A model generated the notes under the pieces. That model was not told where the DNA came from. It ran no database searches and saw nothing but the letters and a program-made list of their open reading frames with translations. This document shows positions 38,335 to 49,700 of a DNA stretch of 64,000 nucleotides, one piece after another (positions within the stretch are counted from its first letter, which is position 1; the number at the start of each line of letters is the position of its first letter). The DNA is taken from positions 1,054,001 to 1,118,000 of the forward strand of contig CATNEN010000015.1 in the NCBI GenBank assembly GCA_950097015.1. The letters run 5' to 3'. Both the position numbers and the translations under genes were made by a program. The DNA is from Macrostomum hystrix. Lineage: Eukaryota; Animalia; Platyhelminthes.

Positions 38335-40009
38335 TAGCATTTTGCAGGCTAGTAGAGAAAATAAGCAAGCGATAAAATAATCGATGACAAAGTCAGTGGA
38401 ATTTTTTACACTATGGTCAAAGCCATGCACATTCCTGCAACCAAATAAATAATGTGAGCACCCAATTCATAAGAGTCATTAGTTCTTGTGTTTCTTCAGC
38501 TCGAAATGGACGCAATCGACATCGAGGAAGATGACAGTTTTGAGGAGGATGGAGACAGCTTTGTCACAGCGGAGGACGCAGTTCAGGCGGCGGCAGCACG
38601 TGGTCCGTACTCCAAGATAAGCAACGAAAAATATGAACTGATAGTCAGTGCGCTTGAGCGAGGGGACAGTGCTGTGCAGATTTCGAGGTTTTTTTAATGT
38701 AAAGGTACCAACTGTGTATACTATCCAACGGCACTACGAGCTGACGGGACGTCGTGATCGACTCCGTCGAGGAGGCGATCGAACGTCGAAGCTTGGAAAC
38801 CAAACGTGCAACTGCTTCTAGATTCACTGGATGCCAATCCATTATTGACACTTAAAGAGTTGCGTTGCAAACTGGAGCATTCGTTCGACAGTCTTCGCGT
38901 AAGCGAAGCAACACTTAACCGATCTCTAGACAAACACCTGATCACGCTGAAATGCTTAGGCAGAGATGCTGACCTGCCGGTCGCGCGGAACACGCCAGAA
39001 AATAAAGCACGCCGACAAGCATTTGCACAGTGGCTGCTTGACCTGCCTCCGGATTGTCACTTGATCTATATAGACGAGACAGGGTTCAACATATGGACAA
39101 GACGATCTCTAGGGTGCAGTTCGCGTGGTCAGCGTGTTAGGCGCACTTTGCACACGCAGCGCGGTGTGCAGGTGAATGTCATCCAGGCCATCTCACCTGG
39201 CCTCGGTCTGGTACACCACAAGATTTTGGGCCAGACGCTAACTGCGAATGTGTTTCAAGTTTTTATCGAAGAGTTACTCGACGCTGTCAACAATCGAGAA
39301 GAAGTCGATAATGCGGATCAATTCTGCATCATTATGGACGGTGCTCGATTTCACAATGGCGTGAGGCTCCCGCAACAAAATGAAGCTAACTGGCAAGTCA
39401 TGCAGCTGCCGCCGTACTCACCATTTTTGAATCCGACTGAGAGTGTGCTCTCCTGCCTGAAGGCGACAATAAAATGTCAGTTGTCTTTGCCCCAAGTTCA
39501 GCTCGAACTTGACAATACCACACCACAGACAACACTATGCGAGTGGCGAATTCTTGTTCTTCAGAGAATCGCAGAGGAAGCAACTTCCGAAATCACACCG
39601 GTCAAATGTGGAGGATGGTTTCGGAATGCACTCCGCTTCATCCCTAGATGTGTCGCGGGAGAAGACATCGTTTGATTTCTGCCATATATCGGACAGCTTC
39701 ACTGAAGGAAATCTTTTTCGAGTTTCATTTTGTACTTTTCCCTGGGTTTTGCGTACTAGTTTTTCATATGTTTCGTCATATTAATAGTCACTTTTTGTAC
39801 CACGCCATTTAGCTTCTTAAATATACAGCATCACAGTTAGCTGTCGAATGTTTGCTAAGCATTGAGAATTGATGAATTGCGTGCTCACATTATTTATTTG
39901 GTTGCAGGAATGCACATGGCTTTGACCATAGAGTGTAAAAAATTCCACTGACTTTGTCATTGATTATTTAATTGCTTGCTTGTTTTCTCTACTAGCCTGC
40001 AAAATGCTA
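38335..40009 (+). mobile_element. IS630/Tc1/mariner-superfamily DDE transposon with ~136-bp TIRs
   Basis: 38335-38470 is the near-perfect reverse complement of 39873-40009, and both ends are flanked by TA. The internal transposase has IYIDETGFN, IIMDGARFH and LPPYSPFLNPTE motifs. Confidence 0.92.
38506..39675 (+). pseudogene. DDE transposase interrupted by two compensating 1-nt frameshifts
   Basis: The ATG 38506 frame stops at a T7 run (38689-38695). The shifted frame reads NVKVPTVYTIQRHYELTGRRDRLRRGGDRTSKLG (HTH/linker-like). The original frame resumes at ~38806 and runs to 39675. Confidence 0.8.
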
Positions 40010-40648
40010 TAGTATAGAAGTATACTAATTTAAGTCTTTATCCATAGGCCTAGATAGATCTCTGCTAACAATGGTGAAACAAAGGACTCTTTCCATTTCA
40101 AGATTTGACATTTAAGCAGTTTTCTTTTCTGACTTTAAAATATTTTTAGGGCCCTTATTGGGATAGGCCTATAGTATTTTTGTGGATGGCATCTGGCATA
40201 CTATCATGATGCATTGTAGCATAGCACCATGACACACTCAGTGGGTCAGGATCCAAGAACTTGACTTATAATGCACTAAATACAGTGGCCATTGCTATCT
40301 TAAGCAAGGAAACAAAACATGTAACTTGAGGAAGTCAACATCAACAGTAAAATGTAAATAGGTCAAACTGTAAACTAAAACAATGTCACGCTAGGATTTA
40401 AAAATTGCCATGACACTGCTGGCATTATTTTGTTACTCAATTCCCTTATGTTGATCCTATTGAACATGGACCTTTTATATATGATCCCCAATGTAAAATA
40501 TATAATTGGATTTTTCTTGGTTGTCAGTATAATATTTAGGTTTAGGAGTTTCTGAAAGGAATGGTAGGGGCCTATGCCATGATTTGTTGCTTGATTAGGC
40601 CCAAATGACACCTATAAATAGTAAGTAAAGCAGAGTATGTTTAGTATA

Positions 40649-40730
40649 GCCGAAATGGTTTGAGGCCGAAACGGCTTTTGGCCGAAACGGCTATGGCCGA
40701 AACTGCGTATGGCCGAAACGACCGGAATTC
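40649..40730. repeat. Five degenerate GGCCGAAAC(G) direct repeats ending in GACCGGAATTC
   Basis: Read directly. It resembles a subterminal repeat cluster of a non-autonomous element, but no partner end was identified. Confidence 0.6.
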
Positions 40731-41675
40731 GTGCCTTTACTAGGCCCCTATGTGTAGTGAAAAGTTAGTAAAGTAAATGCAAGAAATAGTAAAAAAATAA
40801 TCGAACCAAAAATCATATAAACAACAAGGATGATACTAAAATATCTTGCAGTAATTGCTATTATAACTAACTAGTGCGTTACTTTTTAAGCTAGGTACTG
40901 TAATCATTCCAAAAATGCGCATTTTTTTGGCGCTCGTTTTACGTTTTAGATGGTGCGTCACTTGTTAGAAACAAGGATTAGAACAGTATAAATAATTTGA
41001 AATTTATTAATTTTTTGTGTGAACAATAATTTATCGGAAAGAAAATGCATATTTAAGGAATAAGCTGTGTACTTTTTTGTTTAGAAGAAAACTATTTTTT
41101 AAATTTACGTTAATCATATTTTATCAATAAATTCCATGAACTCCACCTTGGCTTATCTAAATTTAACCGGCTAGATTATGTAAAGTAACACCAAGAAGCA
41201 ATAATAGTTGTAGGTTAAAGTTAGAAGAAAAAATAATTTAATAGTTAAAAGGTCGAACTTCAGTCTCTGTCTGAACTATAGAGTCGTTAGTTGCATATTT
41301 TAAGTTATTCTTTTTTCCTGGCTTACCAGAACCTTTTATTTGTTTGATAGGCCTGGCCGCCTGGCCAAAATTCGTATCATTTATCTGTAATGTTGTAATA
41401 ATAATTAGACTATAGTAAGCTAACATAGGGACCTATATATTTATATTTTCATTACTTATCGAAATAATGTTTTATTCTATTTCTATGCTTCTTACTTACA
41501 AGGCTAGATTCCTAGATAAAATTAAAAACCTAGTAAATGACAATCATAATCACTGGGTCAAGTGACTATCACCATACATATGCTTTCACAGCATTTCTTT
41601 GTCTTGCAACTTATTCAAAGTAGGACCTTAAGCATTTTATTTTGGTTTTGGGTAATGATTGTTTTATATTCTAGA

Positions 41676-41959
41676 CATACATGCGCAACCTCCCAAATCT
41701 TAGCCGGCCGTGCAACTTAGTTTTTGCTCTAATTACGACTTAGTTTGTTTCATTGCTCATTTTGCGACTTAGTTTGCTCTCATTTGCTCTCTTTTTCTCT
41801 CCCTTCCTTTTCTTCATGCCTTTCTTTTTTGTCCCTTGGTGCTTGGTCCCCCCTTTGATTTTTTTGCGCTTGGTTGATTGGTTTTTGCGACTTAACCTTG
41901 CTTGGCCCTTGTTCCACCCGCCCAGTTCGGCCGGGTCGGCCGGGTGTTGCGCATGTATG
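41676..41959. mobile_element. hAT-type MITE, 284 bp
   Basis: Perfect 14-bp TIR CATACATGCGCAAC / GTTGCGCATGTATG. The 8-bp flanks ATTCTAGA and ATTCTGGA match at 7/8 and fit a TSD. Internal GCGACTTA-type direct repeats are present. Confidence 0.75.
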
Positions 41960-43307
41960 ATTCTGGATCATGTAGATGTAGTAAAAGCCTGAAATTTTGG
42001 GTAGGGCCTATGCATTTTTGTTGCATGCCAAAATCGGCTTGTGAGATGGGCATATAATTGGTGCAGGTCAAAATATTTTCATGCATTATCATTTTGTTCA
42101 ATTTTATTGCCTCATTAGTATACAATATTGGTGTTGAAGGGTAGTTAGTTGCATTTAGGGTAATGTATCATCAAAAAAACAAAATGTGTATTTTTTTTAC
42201 TTCAAACCTAAGCTACAGTGAGGTTTTTTAAACAGTGTGGTTAATTCTGCATAGTCCTCATAATAAGGTTTGTTAAACTGTGGTTTTTTAATATGTCATA
42301 AAAATCACTAACTTCACTGCAGGGTAAATGTGTTTGACATTACTATGCAGTAAAGTTAGCTGTTTTTACAGCACTGTAAAATGTCAATATCGTAGTAAAC
42401 TGTCAAAAATAACTAAAAAGAACCTTTTAGGGTTACAAAGTGAATTATCACCCCTAGTTTCAGAAGACAATTAACATTTTTATACATTATCAATTATTAT
42501 ATTATCAAGGATATGGTCTAGGTATCTACATAATTGTCAACCAAAAGCATAGTGCTTACCTGTAGAGTAGAGTAGGCCTATTCAGTAGGTGACTTAAGTC
42601 TGGGAGTTTAATGAAGTTTTAAATTTCTAGTATTTAGTTTCATAACACAATCATTTCTCTTTAAAATTTGCATTGAAATGATTGCCTTCCAAAACCAATA
42701 ATGTATGTCCATTCAACTGTTGCAAATAATATGTAGTTCTTTTGTTTGAAATGGGATTTTTAAAGCGCAACAAATATCAAAGGGGATAATCAAATGAAAA
42801 TTGCATGTTAAAGATTGACAATCCAGAAGGTTGCCTAGAACTTTAGCTAGACTAGTTTAATGCTGACAGGCTACAGTTCTTTTTTATGCTATGGGATTCT
42901 AGCCAATAGTCAAGTCATCAAGGCACACACAGGCTTTACTTCTGTGTTTCATATTTATACATGCTCTATGTGCCATAAACTATATGTAAATATGATAGTC
43001 TATCAATTAAAATAAGTAGATCTGTTGAAGCCAGAGTTAATGAATATAAAATACTTCTGAGACATCTTTTTTTAATCTTTTAATTGAGCTAAAAAGCCAT
43101 CTATTTTTTTAAATTATTGATTCTTTGTGTACACTCACATATGGCCACCAAAAGGTGTAATGCTGTTATACAGATATTATTATTATGCATATCCCTTTAG
43201 AACACAATTCTCTAGCTCTAGTTATATCTTTCACAAAGCTGCAAATTGACATTTATAGATTATCATTACTTTACTTACCAGCTAGCTCGTGAAAGATACA
43301 AAATTTT

Positions 43308-43590
43308 AGTTTATCCTAGCTGCGCTCACCAGGTAGCTCTTAAATGACACATTCAGTTTATCCTAACTGTGCTCACCAGCAAGCTCTTAAATGACACATT
43401 CAGTTTATCCTAACTGTGCTCAAAAGCTAGCTCTTAAATGACACATTCAGTTTATCCTAACTGTGCTCAAAAGCTAGCTCTTAAATGACACATTCAGTTT
43501 ATCCTAGCTGTGCTCACCAGCTAGCTCTTAAATGACACATTCAGTTTATCCTAACTGTGCTCAAAAGCAAGCTTGTAAGAGACACATTCG
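43308..43590. repeat. 47-bp tandem repeat, 5 full copies plus partials, just upstream of the TPR start
   Basis: Units CTCTTAAATGACACATTCAGTTTATCCTAACTGTGCTCA..AG start at 43337, 43384, 43431, 43478 and 43525. Confidence 0.93.
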
Positions 43591-43719
43591 GAAGCACTGG
43601 CTGCATAACAGCTGTTGCCTTTCGGACCTGCAGAAACTCCAAGAAGGCTTGATACTACGCTTCAAAAAACCAAATTCCAGTCGACATTCGCCGAGACAGA
43701 CGAAGCGACATCGTCAACA

Positions 43720-46700
43720 ATGGAGCCGGAATCGGCAGCCGTGTCTGGCGGAGTCGATTCCGCTGAAGCGGCAATCGGCGCCGACCTGTGGGCCTCGCTA
43801 ACGCTGGAACAGCAGGCGGGCATCGGCGCCGCGGTTGACCGGCTGAGCGGCCAGCTACGCCGAGAGCGCGAACTGCGCCGAGTGGCCTGCGTTGACAGCG
43901 AGCAAGCCGTCTTCGACGCCGAGGCGCGGACCGCCAGCCTGTCAACTCGCCTCACCACTCTACAGACGGAAGCCGAAGCCGCGGCAACCCGAACTGCCGA
44001 GCTGGAGCGTCGTCTCGCGGACGCCGAGGCTGTTGAACGCGAGGCGGCGTCGATCAGACTGGCGTGCAGTGCCGCTACAGAGCGGGCTGACTCCCTGGCC
44101 GCCGAAGCCGCCGATTTGCGACGTCGTCTGGAGGAAGCCGAATCTGCGCGTGACTCGGCCGCCGAACGATTAGAGAAGCTGGAACGCGAACGGCTGACGC
44201 TGACTCTACAGCTAGACGAGAAGGCTTCGCTGGCCGACTGTCAGGCTGGTGAGTTCCTGGATTCTTGACCACAGTACTTTTGAAGAACTTTGACCTACTG
44301 AAAAGGCTTTCAGAAGCCTCATAAGGCAAAATGTTTCGACTCGTATCTAAAATATCCCAGATCCTCAGATTCAGATAGAACAATCCCAGATCCTCAGATT
44401 CAGATAGAATCATCCCAGATCCTAAGATTCAGATAGAATCATCCCAGATCCTCAGATTCAGATAGAATCATCCCAGATCCTCAGAATCAGATAGAACAAT
44501 CCCAGATCCTCAGATTCAGATAGAATCATCCCAGATCCTCAGATTCAGATAGAACAATCCCAGATCCTCATATTCAGATAGAATCATCCCAGATCCTCAG
44601 ATTCAGATAGAATCATTCCAGATCCTAAGATTCAGATAGAATCATCCCAGATCCTAAGATTCAGATAGAATCATCCCAGATCCTCAGATTCAGATAGAAT
44701 CATCCCAGATCCTCAGATTCAGATAGAATCATCCCAGATCCTAAGATTCAGATAGAACAATCCCAGATCCTCAGATTCAGATAGAATCATCCCAAATCCT
44801 AAGATTCAGATAGAACAATCCCAGATCCTCAGATTCAGATAGAATCATCCCAGATCCTAAGATTCAGATAGAATCATTCCAGATCCTAAGATTCAGATAG
44901 AACAATCCCAGATCCTCAGATTCAGATAGAATCATCCCAGATCCTCAGATTCAGATAGAATCATCCCAGATCCTAAGATTCAGATAGAATCATCCCAGAT
45001 CCTCAGATTCAGATAGAATCATCCCAGATCCTAAGATTCAGATAGAATCATCCCAGATCCTAAGATTCAGATAGAACAATCCCAGATCCTCAGATTCAGA
45101 TAGAATCATCCCAGATCCTAAGATTCAGATAGAATCATCCCAGATCCTAAGATTCAGATAGAATCATCCCAGATCCTAAGATTCAGATAGAACAATCCCA
45201 GATCCTCAGATTCAGATAGAATCATCCCAGATCCTAAGATTCAGATAGAATCATCCCAGATCCTCAGATTCAGATAGAATCATCCCAGATCCTCAGATTC
45301 AGATAGAATCATCCCAGATCCTAAGATTCAGATAGAATCATCCCAGATCCTCAGATTCAGATAGAATCATCCCAGATCCTAAGATTCAGATAGAATCATC
45401 CCAGATCCTCAGATTCAGATAGAATCATCCCAGATCCTAAGATTCAGATAGAATCATCCCAGATCCTCAGATTCAGATAGAATCATCCCAGATCCTAAGA
45501 TTCAGATAGAATCATCCCAGATCCTCAGATTCAGATAGAATCATCCCAGATCCTAAGATTCAGATAGAATCATCCCAGATCCTCAGATTCAGATAGAATC
45601 ATCCCAGATCCTCAGATTCAGATAGAATCATCCCAGATCCTCAGATTCAGATAGAATCATCCCAGATCCTCAGATTCAGATAGAATCATCCCAGATCCTA
45701 AGATTCAGATAGAATCATCCCAGATCCTAAGATTCAGATAGAATCATCCCTGATCCTAAGATTCAGATAGAACAATCCCAGATCCTCAGATTCAGATAGA
45801 ACAATCCCAGATCCTCAGATTCAGATAGAATCATCCCAGATCCTCAGATTCAGATAGAATCATCCCAGATCCTCAGATTCAGATAGAATCATCCCAGATC
45901 CTCTGATTCAGATAGAATCATCCCAGATCCTAAGATTCAGATAGAATCATCCCAGATCCTAAGATTCAGATAGAATCATCCCAGATCCTAAGATTCAGAT
46001 AGAACAATCCCAGATCCTAAGATTCAGATAGAATCATCCCAGATCCTTAGATTCAGATAGAACAATCCCAGATCCTCAGATTCAGATAGAATCATCCCAG
46101 ATCCTAAGATTCAGATAGAACAATCCCAGATCCTCAGATTCAGATAGAACAATCCCAGATCCTCAGATTCAGATAGAATCATCCCAGATCCTAAGATTCA
46201 GATAGAATCATCCCAGATCCTAAGATTCAGATAGAATCATCCCAGATCCTAAGATTCAGATAGAATCATCCCAGATCCTAAGATTCAGATAGAATCATCC
46301 CAGATCCTCAGATTCAGATAGAACAATCCCAGATCCTAAGATTCAGATAGAATCATCCCAGATCCTAAGATTCAGATAGAATCATCCCAGATCCTCAGAT
46401 TCAGATAGAATCATCCCAGATCCTCAGATTCAGATAGAATCATCCCAGATTCTCAGATTCAGATAGAATCATCCCAGATCCTCAGATTCAGATAGAATCA
46501 TCCCAGATCCTAAGATTCAGATAGAATCATCCCAGATCCTCAGATTCAGATAGAATCATCCCAGATCCTAAGATTCAGATAGAATCATCCCAGATCCTCA
46601 GATTCAGATAGAATCATCCCAGATCCTAAGATTCAGATAGAATCATCCCAGATCCTCAGATTCAGATAGAATCATCCCAGATCCTAAGATTCAGATAGAA

Positions 46701-49700
46701 TCATCCCAGATCCTCAGATTCAGATAGAATCATCCCAGATCCTAAGATTCAGATAGAATCATCCCAGATCCTAAGATTCAGATAGAATCATCCCAGATCC
46801 TAAGATTCAGATAGAATCATCCCAGATCCTCAGATTCAGATAGAATCATCCCAGATCCTCAGATTCAGATAGAATCATCCCAGATCCTCAGATTCAGATA
46901 GAATCATCCCAGATCCTAAGATTCAGATAGAATCATCACAGATCCTCAGATTCAGATAGAATCATCCCAGATCCTAAGATTCAGATAGAATCATCCCAGA
47001 TCCTCAGATTCAGATAGAATCATCCCAGATCCTAAGATTCAGATAGAATCATCCCAGATCCTCAGATTCAGATAGAATCATCCCAGATCCTCAGATTCAG
47101 ATAGAATCATCCCAGATCCTCAGATTCAGATAGAATCATCCCAGATCCTCAGATTCAGATAGAATCATCCCAGATCCTCAGATTCAGATAGAACAATCCC
47201 AGATCCTCAGATTCAGATAGAACAATCCCAGATCCTCAGATTCAGATAGAACAATCCCAGATCCTCAGATTCAGATAGAACAATCCCAGATCCTCAGATT
47301 CAGATAGAACAATCCCAGATCCTCAGATTCAGATAGAACAATCCCAGATCCTCAGATTCAGATAGAATCATCCCGGATCCTCAGATTCAGATAGAACAAT
47401 CCCAGATCCTCAGATTCAGATAGAACAATCCCAGATCCTCAGATTCAGATAGAATCATCCCAGATCCTCAGATTCAGATAGAATCATCCCGGATCCTCAG
47501 ATTCAGATAGAACAATCCCAGATCCTCAGATTCAGATAGAATCATCCCAGATCCTCAGATTCAGATAGAACAATCCCAGATTATTCGTGATGGGAGTTCG
47601 TATTGATAATGAAGGTATTTTGTCTGTAATCAGGTCGCATCGAGCGCCTAGAAACTGAGCGCCAGCACCTGGAGGATCGGGTGCGCCTGCTCGAGTCCCA
47701 GCTCACTGAGCATCTGTCATCAGCATCGACCTCCGCTGCCGCTGCCTCGGCTGCCCAGTTGGAGAGTTCAACGCTCTCGGCACTCAGCTCCGGCGCCGAG
47801 GAGCTGCGCAGTCTTCGAGCCAAGCTGGACAGCGCGGAGTCTCGATCAGCTGAGTTGTCAGCCCGACTGGAATCGGCTCTGGCCCGGCTGGAATCTGATC
47901 GGGAGGAGCGGCAGCAACTGGAGGAGTCTTATCAGCGCCAGCTGGCTGCTGAGAGAGCCGCTGCCGAGCTGTCCAAGGCTACAGCTGATGAGCAGAGTGT
48001 CAGGTGAGATTTCGCAATTGTCTGCTTTTAATTAGATTGTCGTTCTGTGCGTTTGGTTTTCTGTATTTCACGGTATTGTCCTTGTCTGTAATATACCGCA
48101 ATTTATCATTTACTGAAGCCTTATTCTAGTCTGTAAACTGCTCTGCCGTGTGTGCCTCTGGGAACAGACTGTACTTCACTGTACAGTCTGTTATTCACTG
48201 TACAGTCTGTTATTCACTGTACAGACTGTACTTCACTGTACAGTCGGTTATTCACTGTACAGTCTGTTATTCACTGTACAGTCGGTTATTCACTGTACAG
48301 TCGGTTATTCACTGTACAGTCTGTTATTCACTCTAGTCTGTTATTCACTCTACAGTCTGTACTTTCTGTACTTCACTGTACAGTCTGTTATTCACTGTAA
48401 AGTCTGTTATTCACTGTACAGTCTGTTATTCACTGCACAGTCTGTTATTCACTGTACAGTCTGTTATTCACTGTACAGTCTGTTATTCACTGTACAGCCT
48501 GTTATTCACTGTACAGTCTGTTATTCACTGTACAGTCTGTTATTCACTGTACAGTCTGTTATTCACTGTACAGTCTGTTATTCACTCTACAGTCTGTACT
48601 TCATGGTGCAGTCATGGTGCAGTATGGTTGAATACACCTGGTCTGTCCATCTTTCTGATCACATGTACACAGTAAATGACACAGGCGATTCCCTTCGACT
48701 GCTCCCGCTCTCCAGGTGCTCGGAGCTGGCCAGCGCTGCTGACGGCATGCGAGCCCGCCTGGCCGAGGCCGGCAGAGATCGCCAGCTGATGGAGCGCAGC
48801 TTTGCCAGCCAGCTGTCGGTGGCGGCCGAACGGCAGTCCGAGCTGGAGTCGACCATCGCTGAGTTGAAGTCGCGCCTAGCCGAGGCCGCCAGCGAGGTCG
48901 ACAGGCTGCGCGCCGGCATCGGTGCCCTGTCCGAGGCGGAGATCGAGCGCCTGGCACCCGCCGCCGCAGCCACCAGCCGCATGCTGAAGCGGGGAAAGAC
49001 TCTCACGCAGATCTACGCTGAGCACGTGGAGGTCCAGGGCCAGCTGTCCGCGGCACGCCTGGAGGCTGACAAAGCCAACTTGGCGGTGGCGCATATCCTT
49101 GAAGAGATTCAAGCCAAGGTGCCGCTGCTTCGCCGGCGTCAGGAGGAGTACCGGCGGGTCCGGCTGTCCGCCAGTCAGCTGGCCAAGCGGCTCGACGACT
49201 CCGTGGCCCAGATGTGCGATCTGAAGCGCGGCAATGAGGAGCTGGCTAGGAAGGCCGCCTTCTTTGAAAGGGAGAATGCTAGACTGAAGGCCAGGGCTAA
49301 AGATCTGGGCGAGCAGGTGAGGGGCTCGACTTTTGACCAGCTTCACCATTCAGTGTGTTGCACAGCTCATTCAGTGTTGCACGGCTCATTCAGTGTGTTG
49401 CACGGCTCATTCTGTGTTGCACGGCTCATTCAGTGTGTTGCACGGCTCATTCTGTGTGTTGCAAGGCTCATTCTGTGTTGCACGGCTCATTCTGTGTTGC
49501 ACTGCTCATTCTGTGTTGCACTGCTCATTCTGTGTGTTGCACGGCTCATTTTGTATGTTGCACGGCTCATTCTCTATGTTGCACGGCTCATTCTGTGTGT
49601 TGCACGGCTCATTCTGTGTGTTGCACGGCTCATTCTGTGTGTTGCACGGCTCATTCTGTGTGTTGCACGGCTCATTCTGTGTGTTGCAAGGCTCATTCTG

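Noticed and set aside
38686-38810. Programmed ribosomal frameshift as in bacterial IS630
   Set aside because: Two opposite shifts would be needed, and the first is +1. Mutation or sequencing error is simpler.
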